Source: Bacteroidota bacterium (GTDB lineage Bacteria; Bacteroidota; Bacteroidia; Palsa-965). Taken from it: a stretch of 64,000 bases of DNA. The notes below the pieces were generated by a model. It was not told the DNA's origin, ran no database searches, and saw nothing but the letters and a program-made list of their open reading frames with translations. Below, one piece after another: positions 10,139 through 18,954 of this stretch. Position 1 is the first letter of the stretch. Every line of letters begins with the position of its first letter. The DNA is taken from NCBI GenBank assembly GCA_020402865.1, contig JADBYT010000021.1, positions 7,263-71,262 on the forward strand, read 5' to 3'. The position numbers and the translations under genes are program-made.

Positions 10139-10924
10139 TTGATGAAAAAGCTAACCTCTTTCTTTTTTTTTCTCCCTCTTTCCCTGTTTAGTCAGACCGA
10201 AATCCCCCAAAGGCTTGTTTATTCTGTCTTTGGCGGCACCAATTTCTCCACCATCCGGGTATTTGATCTTTTAGGTCACCAAAATCCGTACGTTAAGCAA
10301 GACCTCTACTATGGGAATACTCCATTGCTGAATCCCTATGAGGAGCATGATTTTACATATACCACCCGTGTGGAAAATGTTAAATACAGTCCCGGATTTC
10401 AATTCGGATTGCGTTTATCCAACCCCGGAAAGTTTGTAAGCGTTGCAGCGCAGCTTGCGTTCAGTCAGTTGAACTTAAATTACGACTATACCAGAACCTG
10501 GTTTAGGGGTCATCACGGCACCATGCAGGGAGCGAAATGGAAAAACAATTGGCTTGATTTTTCAATTATGGCTCAATTTACGTGTGGCACAGGGAGCAGG
10601 TTTAAGTTTTTTGCCGGTTTGGGGGTAAGTAAATGTGTAAGCAGTAAAAATGAGGGATGGATGAACGATCATCAGTATTATACTTATTTAACAAATAATG
10701 GCGGCGGTACAATTAATTCCACCGCGGAATATCAGTTAACTACAAAAATCGACAACCTTAATTACAGTACCAATATCGGAATTGAAGCTCCGCTTACGAA
10801 AAAGGACAATGTTCCGCTTTATGCCTCATTGATGTGGAACAAAGGTTTCTCAAATCTGGCCTTCGAGCACAATGTATCACAAAGCAATCTTCAATTAAAT
10901 ATTATCTATTATTTTTTCCTTTAA
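10139..10924 (+). CDS. Outer-membrane beta-barrel protein (hypothetical porin-like).
   Basis: 261 aa with signal peptide MMKKLTSFFFFLPLSLFSQ, amphipathic beta-strand pattern, and a C-terminal aromatic end (…IIYYFFL). Confidence 0.45.
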   Translation: MMKKLTSFFFFLPLSLFSQTEIPQRLVYSVFGGTNFSTIRVFDLLGHQNPYVKQDLYYGNTPLLNPYEEHDFTYTTRVENVKYSPGFQFGLRLSNPGKFVSVAAQLAFSQLNLNYDYTRTWFRGHHGTMQGAKWKNNWLDFSIMAQFTCGTGSRFKFFAGLGVSKCVSSKNEGWMNDHQYYTYLTNNGGGTINSTAEYQLTTKIDNLNYSTNIGIEAPLTKKDNVPLYASLMWNKGFSNLAFEHNVSQSNLQLNIIYYFFL

Positions 10925-10975
10925 CAACTACATTTGATTACCGAAATCAGTCTGCGGCAAAGCCGTTACTTTTTT

Positions 10976-11701
10976 TCACGAACCACACCCGCCACAACCC
11001 GAACAACCACTGCAACCCGAATCGCCTCCGCAACCAGATCCTCCGCCGTCGCTCAAACAACCGCCTGCGCAGCCGCTGCTGGCTGAAGTCAGAATCATTG
11101 CTGCCCGTTTTTCATCTTCAATTGCCCAGGCTATCGGCCCCCAGCGTGCATCAACGCGGGTTATCCCTTCCGTAAATTCTCCGGTAATAAACCAGCGTCT
11201 GGCGCCAAGCATTTGCAGCAGCGTATGCAGTTGTGTTTTGTTTGCTGCATGCTGCCATATTCCGCGAAGTTGGTTGATTTCGGTTTTCAATGTGTGCTGT
11301 ACCTCCCGTCCTTCGTGTGTGAGTTCAAAGTTTCCGGTAATCCAGCCAAGCAGGTTCTGCGAAAAGTAACCTGCTTTTTTAAGTTTGCGGAGTATGTGCC
11401 GTATGAGTTTGTGCTGGTCAACCGTTTCGGCCAGTATGCGCACGAAGTGACTGAGCAGTGTGCCGTTGCCTTCAGATTTCAAACTATTCAGCAGGTAATC
11501 CAGCTCGTGCGGCTGATTGGTTTGGATATTGGTCATTTGCACATATTCCACATCATCTGTATCGTGAAACCGTATTTGTCCGCTTAGCTCAAACTCCATA
11601 AGCGAGGTGGTGATTATTTCTCTCCGGCTGGCGCTATAGCCTTTCAGGAAAACAAGTATCTCGGCCGGATTGAATCGGGTAAGTAATAAAGTATTGTTCA
11701 T
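10976..11701 (-). CDS. GPP34 (GOLPH3/Vps74)-like protein with a C-terminal Cys/Gly/Ser-rich low-complexity tail.
   Basis: 241 aa. N-terminal pattern LLLTRF…ITTSLMEFELSGQIRFHD resembles the GPP34 fold start. The last 33 aa are SGCAGGCLSDGGGSGCGGDSGCSGCSGCGGCGS. No TM segment or signal peptide. Confidence 0.4.
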   Translation of the reverse strand: MNNTLLLTRFNPAEILVFLKGYSASRREIITTSLMEFELSGQIRFHDTDDVEYVQMTNIQTNQPHELDYLLNSLKSEGNGTLLSHFVRILAETVDQHKLIRHILRKLKKAGYFSQNLLGWITGNFELTHEGREVQHTLKTEINQLRGIWQHAANKTQLHTLLQMLGARRWFITGEFTEGITRVDARWGPIAWAIEDEKRAAMILTSASSGCAGGCLSDGGGSGCGGDSGCSGCSGCGGCGS

Positions 11702-11762
11702 TTGTTTGTTTTTATTGATTACTAAAAATGTCCCGCGCCGTATTGTTTTGTGTGAAATAGTT

Positions 11763-12302
11763 TTACATGATCTTTTTGCGGATTTGATTTGTGAGTGAAT
11801 TGATAATTGTGAGCAGCCAGACCGGTTTGGGAATGATCCAGTTTGTGCGCACGTTTATGCGCTTGTAATGCACATCGCTGAAGCGTTTGGCGGGATGCGG
11901 CCAGATGTCGGCCGGCGGTTCTGATAAAAAAACAGCCCGGTACATTTGCAATGTCCGGGCATACCAATCGTTAAACTTTTCGGCCTCCTGTTTTCCGCCT
12001 TTCGTGGGGCCGTGGTGAATTTCGCGTTTCAGAGTTTGTTCGCAAAAATCTTTCCAGTAAGATTGCGTGTAAAGCATGTGCAGATGCCACACCTGATCGA
12101 CCTGGTCGGACGGGGTTAGCGGGTGTGGCACTACACATATAAGATAGATGAATTTCCTGTATTCATCCACCGCCCGGATTGCATAGCTTGTTTTCCAGTT
12201 GTTCTCCCGCGCAAGGCGCTGTGTAAACTTGAGGGAGGACGCGGGGTTATCTGTTTGAAAGTCTTGTATTGCTTGCCAGAGTGGGTAATCTGTAATACTC
12301 AT
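11763..12302 (-). CDS. Hypothetical cytoplasmic protein, co-oriented upstream of the GPP34-like gene.
   Basis: 179-aa ORF, Trp/His-rich conserved-looking block (VDQVWHLHMLYTQSYWKDFCEQTL). Sits 61 nt from the downstream gene on the same strand. Confidence 0.35.
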   Translation of the reverse strand: MSITDYPLWQAIQDFQTDNPASSLKFTQRLARENNWKTSYAIRAVDEYRKFIYLICVVPHPLTPSDQVDQVWHLHMLYTQSYWKDFCEQTLKREIHHGPTKGGKQEAEKFNDWYARTLQMYRAVFLSEPPADIWPHPAKRFSDVHYKRINVRTNWIIPKPVWLLTIINSLTNQIRKKIM

Positions 12303-12520
12303 ATTCTATTTTCTGATACAAATATTCTCTCTCCATGTGACTGTACTGTGAATGCAGTGTTATAGAATTATGAAAAATAAATTCATGAACTTCTGTTACC
12401 AATCTCCGGTTTATCCGTCCATAAAAAAGAACCATTTATAGCTATTTAACATCCTTTCATCCTTCTTCACAAGATAAAGAAAGATGTTTGCCCTACTTTT
12501 AACGCCAAATTAACCACCTT

Positions 12521-14995
12521 ATGCGCCTTACGCTAACCGCATTAGTTCTGATTATTAACTATTTGTCGCTTTTTGGGGCGGCAGACACAACTGTTATTGT
12601 GCGTAAGGAGGCTTTTGCAGTGCGTACGGATGTGTCGCCCAAAATTGATGGCAAACTGGATGAAGCGATCTGGCAGAAAGCAGCGGTAATAAACGGATTC
12701 CAGCAAAACAGTCCAACTGAAGGGGCGCCGGTACATTTTGATACGGATGTGCGGATTTTGTACGACAATACAGCCATTTACATATCGGCGATGTTGTACG
12801 ACAACAGTCCCGACAGCATTATGCGTCAGCTGGGCATACGTGACACCTGGGTGAATGCCGACAATTTCAGGATGGTGTTTGACACCTACAACACCCAGCA
12901 GGATGCGTTTGACTTTTCGGTAACGGCTTCGGGCGTGCAAAACGACTCGCGTTTCTCAGATATGAATTATAATGCGGTGTGGGCCAGCGAGGTTCAGATT
13001 TTATCGAATGGCTGGAGTGTGGAAGTGGAAATTCCCTGGTCGGCATTGCGTTTCCCAACCGAAAACGGCCGTGAGTGGGGCGTGCAGTTTACACGCAATG
13101 TGCGCCGTTTTCAGGAATTTGATCAGTGGGCGCTTACTCCGAAAGCGGCGTCAAATGCGATGATGTATTGGGGAAAGCTCAAAGGGCTGGCTGATATTGA
13201 CGTGCCTCTGCGGTTACAGCTTACGCCCTACGCATCATTGATCTGGCAAAACGACGACCGTTTTGGCGAAACATCGCCCGTGCTGAATTACGCCGGCGGT
13301 ATGGATGTAAAATACGGCATCAACGAAAGCTTTACCCTCGATATGACACTGCTTCCTGATTTCAGTCAGGTACAAAGCGACAACGTAATTAAAAACCTCG
13401 GTGCTTTTGAGCAGCAGTTTCAGGAACAGCGTCCGTTTTTTACTGAGGGAGTAGATCTGTTTCAGCTGGGCGATTTATTTTATTCCCGGCGAATAGGTAA
13501 ACGGCCGTCGGGATTCTGGAGCGCGCCTTATGAGCTTGACAGTACAGAAGTATTGAAAAAGAATCCTACACAATCGCGGCTCATGAATGCCACCAAAATT
13601 TCAGGGCGCACCAATACGGGGTTAGGCATCGGTATTCTCAATGCATTTGTAGAAGACACTTATGCGGAAGCCCACGACACCATTACGGGCAACAAGCGCA
13701 AACTGCTTACAGAGCCTCGTTCAAATTATAACATTGTGGTTTTTCAGAAGCAAATGAAAAACAGTTCATCGGCTTATGTAATTAACACCAATGTAATACG
13801 CACACACGGCTGGAACAGTTCGAATGTAACGGGGGCCGGTACAGTGCTGAATGATAAAAAGCAAAACTGGCAACTCCGTTTTGACGGCGCGGTGAGTGAT
13901 ATTCTTTCGCCGGTTGACAGTGTAAAAGGAGAGTTTGATGCACGTATTGGTTATCAGTACAACCTGCAGCTGGCACGCACAAGCGGAAAAATTCAGTATT
14001 ACATTGCCCGCAACGTGAAAAGCCTCAATTTTGATGCAAACGACCTGGGCATTACGTTTGAAACCAATTTTGCCCAGCAGAATGCCGGTATCACCTACTT
14101 CATTTTCAACCCGTGGAAACGTATCAATCAGGGCAATTTCGGCTTTAATGCCGGATATCAGTACAACCTGATTACCAAAGAACGGAATGCTTTGTTTTTG
14201 AACATTAACTCCTGGTTGCAGTTCAGGAATTTCTCCAATATGTTTTTCGGCATGGAAGCCAATCCCTACGATCAGCGCGATTATTACGAGCCGCGCGAAC
14301 AGGGCCGGTTCTTCCTGCGCCGGCGAATGATGAACATGTGGGCTGGCTACAATACCAACTCAAACAAGAAAATAAGCGGTGGCGTAAATGTATATTGCGG
14401 CACAACGGATAAAGTGACTGAAACAATCCCCGCAAACCCCTGGATTGGCGGTGGTTTCTGGATGGACTGGCGGGTAAACGACCGGCTCACGCTTTCGGTT
14501 TTTCCCAGTGTACACAACGACATTGGCGACCGGGGCTGGGTAAACACAGAAAACAACGGTAACATTGTGTTTGGCCGCCGCATTTTACGCAATATCGAAA
14601 ACGGTCTTAGCGCAAGCTACGTGTTTAAGCGTGATATGTCGCTTACCATTAACGGCCGCCATTTCTGGGCCACCGGCCGCTATACCGGTTACTACACGCT
14701 TAACAATGAAGGTATTCTGGAAGATTATGCTTACTACACCGGAAATCACAACTTTAACTTCAACTCGTTCAATGTAGATATGGTTTTTCGCTGGATTTTC
14801 GCGCCGGGCAGCATACTGAGCGTGGGCTGGAAACAAAATATTCTTACAGATGAAGTTGGCATTCCGCAAATAAATTACAACTACACCTATAACCTGAAAA
14901 ATACGCTTCAGGCTCCGCAGCTGAACCAGTTCTCGGTGAGGGTGTTGTATTTTATTGATTACGTGTACTTGAAAAAGGCATTGCAACGCAAATAA
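12521..14995 (+). CDS. Large exported DUF5916 / carbohydrate-binding-family-9-like domain protein.
   Basis: 824 aa. N-terminal signal, then AFAVRTDVSPKIDGKLDEAIWQKAAVINGFQQNSPTEGAPV…ILYDNTAIYISAML, the characteristic CBM9-like opening of DUF5916 proteins. The long beta-rich C-terminal part is consistent with a barrel. Confidence 0.55.
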   Translation: MRLTLTALVLIINYLSLFGAADTTVIVRKEAFAVRTDVSPKIDGKLDEAIWQKAAVINGFQQNSPTEGAPVHFDTDVRILYDNTAIYISAMLYDNSPDSIMRQLGIRDTWVNADNFRMVFDTYNTQQDAFDFSVTASGVQNDSRFSDMNYNAVWASEVQILSNGWSVEVEIPWSALRFPTENGREWGVQFTRNVRRFQEFDQWALTPKAASNAMMYWGKLKGLADIDVPLRLQLTPYASLIWQNDDRFGETSPVLNYAGGMDVKYGINESFTLDMTLLPDFSQVQSDNVIKNLGAFEQQFQEQRPFFTEGVDLFQLGDLFYSRRIGKRPSGFWSAPYELDSTEVLKKNPTQSRLMNATKISGRTNTGLGIGILNAFVEDTYAEAHDTITGNKRKLLTEPRSNYNIVVFQKQMKNSSSAYVINTNVIRTHGWNSSNVTGAGTVLNDKKQNWQLRFDGAVSDILSPVDSVKGEFDARIGYQYNLQLARTSGKIQYYIARNVKSLNFDANDLGITFETNFAQQNAGITYFIFNPWKRINQGNFGFNAGYQYNLITKERNALFLNINSWLQFRNFSNMFFGMEANPYDQRDYYEPREQGRFFLRRRMMNMWAGYNTNSNKKISGGVNVYCGTTDKVTETIPANPWIGGGFWMDWRVNDRLTLSVFPSVHNDIGDRGWVNTENNGNIVFGRRILRNIENGLSASYVFKRDMSLTINGRHFWATGRYTGYYTLNNEGILEDYAYYTGNHNFNFNSFNVDMVFRWIFAPGSILSVGWKQNILTDEVGIPQINYNYTYNLKNTLQAPQLNQFSVRVLYFIDYVYLKKALQRK

Positions 14996-15137
14996 GTGTT
15001 GTTTTGCCTATTACCACATTTTCCCTTCCGGCTGCATGATAATTTCTGCCACTTACTTCTGCATCGTTGTAGTTTAGACAGGTCTGTGTATTTTTGACAG
15101 CATCCGGTGCTGCGAACCTGAATGCCGGATACGTTGC

Positions 15138-17846
15138 ATGAGACCACCCTTGCACTGCTTTTTTACTGTTTTGTGTCTGTCGTTCACTGTTTTTCTCCAC
15201 GCTCAGGGCGGGATATGGACATGGATGAAAGGCTCATCGGTAACCAATGCTGCCGGTAATTATGGTGTGCTGGGTGTTTCTTCCCCGGCCAATGACCCGC
15301 CTTCCATGTATGCTGCGTTGAGCTGGACTGATCCGGCGGGTAATTTCTGGCTTTACGGCGGGCTCAACAGCAGTTCCTTTCAGATTTACAGTGCGTTGTG
15401 GCGGTTTGATACGGGTAATTTGCAATGGACCTGGATGAATGGCAGCAGTGCTACGGGTCAATGGCCTGTTTACGGGACACAGGGCGTTTCGGCACCCGGT
15501 AATACACCGGGAGCACGTTTCAGGGGCTGCACCTGGATTGATGCCAATGGGAATCTCTGGCTCTTTGGCGGCTACGGGTTCGACTCGAACGGGCAACAGG
15601 GGCAAATGAGCGATTTGTGGATGTATAATGTGGCCATCAATGAATGGACATGGATGAAGGGGCCTACAATATCGGGGCAGCCGGGCAGCTATGGAACTTT
15701 GCAGGTGGCTTCGGGCGCCAACAACCCGCCCTGCCGGCATGAAGGCAATGCCGCCTGGGTATCAGCCAACGGCGAATTGTGGATGTTTGGCGGCGAGGGC
15801 GGCGGCGGTTTTTACAGCGATATGTGGCGCTATGACCCTGCTACCAACAACTGGACCTGGATGAGCGGGCCCAACACAACCAATGCATTTCCCAACTGGG
15901 GCGTGCTTCAGGTGCCCGCTGCAACCAATACGCCCGGCAGCCGCTCATCATACAACCACTGGACGGATGCGACAGGTAACTTCTGGCTTTTTGGAGGGAA
16001 CCGTTTTACCAACACCTATAACGATATGTGGCGCTACAATCCGGCCACCAATCAATGGACCTGGATGGGCGGCAGTAACTCGGCAAACGATCCGGGCAAT
16101 TACGGCACCTTTTGCACAGCCGGTGGTTTCAGGCCCTCGTCGCGGATGGAAACACGCACCTGCTGGAAAGACAATTGCGGCCGTTTCTGGCTTATGGGCG
16201 GCAGCACCAACAACCAGCTGAATCAGCTCGTGCAGGATATGTGGCTTTACGACCCGGTGCTGAATGAATTTCTGCTTTCGCGCGGGGGACCCGCCACCAA
16301 CCAGCCTGCCAGCTTTGGCGTAATGGGAGTGCCTGCGGCCACAAACGAACCGGCCGGCCTGGCAGGAAGCATGAGCTACACTGCACTGAACGGTGATATG
16401 TGGATGTTTGGCGGGTTGCTTAACGCCGCCGGCGGAACCAGCAATGCCCTCTGGCGCTTTCAACCCGATCTTTCCTGCTTCTCCGTACAGTTCAACCTCA
16501 CCGCATCCCCGTCAACCGGATGTTTCCCGCTGCCGGTAACCTTCCAGCTTTCGCCTGTGAGCAATAATTTCAACTTTCACTGGGACTTTGGCGATCCTGC
16601 CACGCAGGCCGATACAAGCAACCTGCCCGCTCCTTCGTATGTGTACACCAGCGCAGGCACATTTACCGTAACCGCAATTATCACAAACAACTCATGCGGC
16701 TTACTGGCTGATACCATTACCACCACAATACAGGTGAGCGCCGTTCCACTACCCGCGCTGGGGCCTGATACCATTCTTTGCGGAAATGCGTCGCTTACCC
16801 TTGATGCCGGTTATCCCGGCGCCTCATTCAGCTGGAACACCGGCCCGGCCGATACGCTGCAAACCCTTACCATAAACGCACCCGGCACCTATGGTGTGCT
16901 GGTATCGCTGGCCAACTGCTCGGGCAGCGACAGCATAAATGTAACCTACCTGCAACCACCAAACATCGGCAACGACACTACGCTTTGCGAAGGTCAGCCA
17001 CTCACGCTTTCGGCCGGAAACATCTGGGATACCTACCTGTGGAGCAACCAGACTACGGCCTCCACCGTGCAGCCGGATACTACCGGAATCTGGTGGGTAC
17101 AGGTGGCTGCCGGCCCATGCACGTTTACCGATTCGGCCAGCATTACCATACATCCCCTGCCCGTAGTTAATCTCGGCCCCGACACTACGCTTTGCCCTGA
17201 TGTGGTATATGTGCTGGATGCAGGCAACCCGAATGCCACTTTCAGCTGGAACACCGGCGCCAGCACACAACAGGTGGTGGCTTCGCAGCAGGGGGCATAT
17301 TCGGTTTCCGTAACCGAAAATAACTGCACCGTGAATGATCTTGTGCTTGTCAATTTCTATCCGCCACTCGACCTCGGGCCTGATCTAAACCTCTGTCTGG
17401 TGCCCGAACTCTCGCTTGATGCAGGACCGGCACTCAGCTATTTGTGGAACACCGGCGAAACCACACAAACAATCGTGGCCAACACTGCGGGTATGTATTC
17501 CGTATTGCTCGACAATGGCACCTGCCAGCTGCGCGACTCAATAGAAATTACCGGAGGCACCAGTTCGGGTATGCTTTATGTGCCCAATACGTTTACACCC
17601 AATGCAAACGGTACAAATGATTACTTCTTCGTGGCCGGCGACGGAATTACCCAGTTTACAATGCGCATTTACAACCGCTGGGGGCAACTGATTTTCATTT
17701 CCGGCAATATGAACGAGTACTGGGATGGTACATTGAATGGTGTGAAATGCCAGAATGATACGTATGTCTATATCATCGACTACCGTACAGAATGTGGCGG
17801 GGAAAACGATTTCAGAAAAATTGGGCATGTGAATTTATTGCGTTAA
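15138..17846 (+). CDS. Secreted Kelch-repeat beta-propeller / PKD / Ig-like repeat protein with a type-B T9SS (gliding-motility-associated) C-terminal domain. This is paralog 1.
   Basis: 902 aa with signal peptide, then about 7 repeats of the WTWMxG…G…W.FGG Kelch pattern, a PKD-like WDFGD…GTFTVT block, repeated LGPDTTLC…LDAG…WNTG…TQ modules, and a C-terminus YVPNTFTPNANGTNDYFF…RIYNRWGQLIF matching the TIGR04131-type CTD consensus (recalled). Confidence 0.8.
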   Translation: MRPPLHCFFTVLCLSFTVFLHAQGGIWTWMKGSSVTNAAGNYGVLGVSSPANDPPSMYAALSWTDPAGNFWLYGGLNSSSFQIYSALWRFDTGNLQWTWMNGSSATGQWPVYGTQGVSAPGNTPGARFRGCTWIDANGNLWLFGGYGFDSNGQQGQMSDLWMYNVAINEWTWMKGPTISGQPGSYGTLQVASGANNPPCRHEGNAAWVSANGELWMFGGEGGGGFYSDMWRYDPATNNWTWMSGPNTTNAFPNWGVLQVPAATNTPGSRSSYNHWTDATGNFWLFGGNRFTNTYNDMWRYNPATNQWTWMGGSNSANDPGNYGTFCTAGGFRPSSRMETRTCWKDNCGRFWLMGGSTNNQLNQLVQDMWLYDPVLNEFLLSRGGPATNQPASFGVMGVPAATNEPAGLAGSMSYTALNGDMWMFGGLLNAAGGTSNALWRFQPDLSCFSVQFNLTASPSTGCFPLPVTFQLSPVSNNFNFHWDFGDPATQADTSNLPAPSYVYTSAGTFTVTAIITNNSCGLLADTITTTIQVSAVPLPALGPDTILCGNASLTLDAGYPGASFSWNTGPADTLQTLTINAPGTYGVLVSLANCSGSDSINVTYLQPPNIGNDTTLCEGQPLTLSAGNIWDTYLWSNQTTASTVQPDTTGIWWVQVAAGPCTFTDSASITIHPLPVVNLGPDTTLCPDVVYVLDAGNPNATFSWNTGASTQQVVASQQGAYSVSVTENNCTVNDLVLVNFYPPLDLGPDLNLCLVPELSLDAGPALSYLWNTGETTQTIVANTAGMYSVLLDNGTCQLRDSIEITGGTSSGMLYVPNTFTPNANGTNDYFFVAGDGITQFTMRIYNRWGQLIFISGNMNEYWDGTLNGVKCQNDTYVYIIDYRTECGGENDFRKIGHVNLLR

Positions 17847-17922
17847 GCCTGTTTTTGACTGCATACATGCAAACACTTTGTGTACTTATATGTTATATTT
17901 CATGGTAAAACCAATTCTGATG

Positions 17923-18618
17923 ACAAAACTTTTTGCTTCGCTGGCAGCATTGCTGTTTGCCTCATTACTTGCCGCGCAAAGCCCGGTACGTTTTTATGAA
18001 AAAGGAAAAGTTGGCTATAAAAGTGCCGATGGTAAAATTATTGTTGCACCTTCCTATGACGCCGGTGGCGATTTCAGCGAAGGTTTTGCGATTGTGCTGA
18101 AAGGCTCAAAACGCGGATATATCAACGAATCGGGCGAACTGGTTATTCCGATGATTTATGAAGATGCCGGACAGTTTAAAAATGGCATTGCCCGTGTGAT
18201 GAAAGATAAATTGTATGGTTTTATTAATACAAAAGGAAGTATCGTTATTCCGTTCAGCTATGCCTTTGCCGACGATTTTTCTAACGGACTTGCCCGTGTG
18301 GCGGTAAACGGGAAATATGGCTTTATCAACAACACGAATCAGTTTGTGATTGCCGCTCAGTACAGCAACGCCAACAACTTTTCAGAAGGACTTGCCTCCG
18401 TGCAGAAAGACGGGAAATGGGGGTTTATTGATGTAAAGGGACTAACAGTAATTCCTTTTGAATATGATCAGGCCTATACCTTTGTTAAAGGCGAAGCCAA
18501 AGTGCGCAAAGGCGATAAATCATATTTTATTTCCCCTAAAAACAAATTTATACGCAAGGAAGAAAACCGCCACGAAGAAGAAGAACGTGAGCGCGAAAAA
18601 GCCAGAGGCAAAAAATAA
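17923..18618 (+). CDS. WG/KWG-repeat-containing exported protein.
   Basis: The ORF-track ORF starts at 17878. An internal Met gives the signal peptide MTKLFASLAALLFASLLAAQS. Tandem approx. 35-aa repeats each contain KYGFIN / KWGFID (WG repeat). Lys/Glu-rich C-terminus. Confidence 0.7.
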   Translation, partial: TKLFASLAALLFASLLAAQSPVRFYEKGKVGYKSADGKIIVAPSYDAGGDFSEGFAIVLKGSKRGYINESGELVIPMIYEDAGQFKNGIARVMKDKLYGFINTKGSIVIPFSYAFADDFSNGLARVAVNGKYGFINNTNQFVIAAQYSNANNFSEGLASVQKDGKWGFIDVKGLTVIPFEYDQAYTFVKGEAKVRKGDKSYFISPKNKFIRKEENRHEEEEREREKARGKK

Positions 18619-18685
18619 GCTGTTTGCCACATTGATCTTCCGGATTCTAAATTCAGATTGTCTGAATTCTTTCATCATTAGTCAT

Positions 18686-18730
18686 ACCGGATTATCAGCT
18701 AAAATTGATAATCCGGTTTTCTTTTTACAG
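18686..18730 (+). terminator. Rho-independent terminator after the WG-repeat gene.
   Basis: Perfect 12-bp stem ACCGGATTATCA / TGATAATCCGGT with an 8-nt loop, followed by TTTTCTTTTT. A second 8-bp hairpin AATTCAGA-ttgt-TCTGAATT lies just upstream (about 18650–18669). Confidence 0.7.
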
Positions 18731-18954
18731 CAATTTTTACAGGTTGTTTTCATTTGACATTGACACTGGTATTTCCTGCTTCAAACCACTTGATAAAGAT
18801 TAGCTGCCGGATAACAGAATTGCCCTGTTGCCGGCAAATGTTTTATTAACATTACTAACGGTTTTGTGGCATTAGCTGTATTTTGCTTCACACATTCCGC
18901 TCCGTTAAATTGCAGAAACAGGCACGTGCAACCAGCGTTTGGCTGCATGAATTG

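Noticed and set aside
10976-11080. Cys/Gly-rich C-terminus as a RiPP (TOMM/heterocycloanthracin-like) precursor core.
   Set aside because: The host protein is 241 aa with a folded N-terminal domain. There is no YcaO/cyclodehydratase, dehydrogenase or leader-peptide-type neighbour.
15234-16463. 168-aa and 171-aa - ORFs inside Kelch paralog 1. Similar long antisense ORFs lie in paralogs 2 and 3 (19507..20019, 21007..21585, 23245..23961, 23980..24567).
   Set aside because: These are typical shadow ORFs in GC-rich repetitive coding sequence. Sense-strand proteins have coherent domain architecture.
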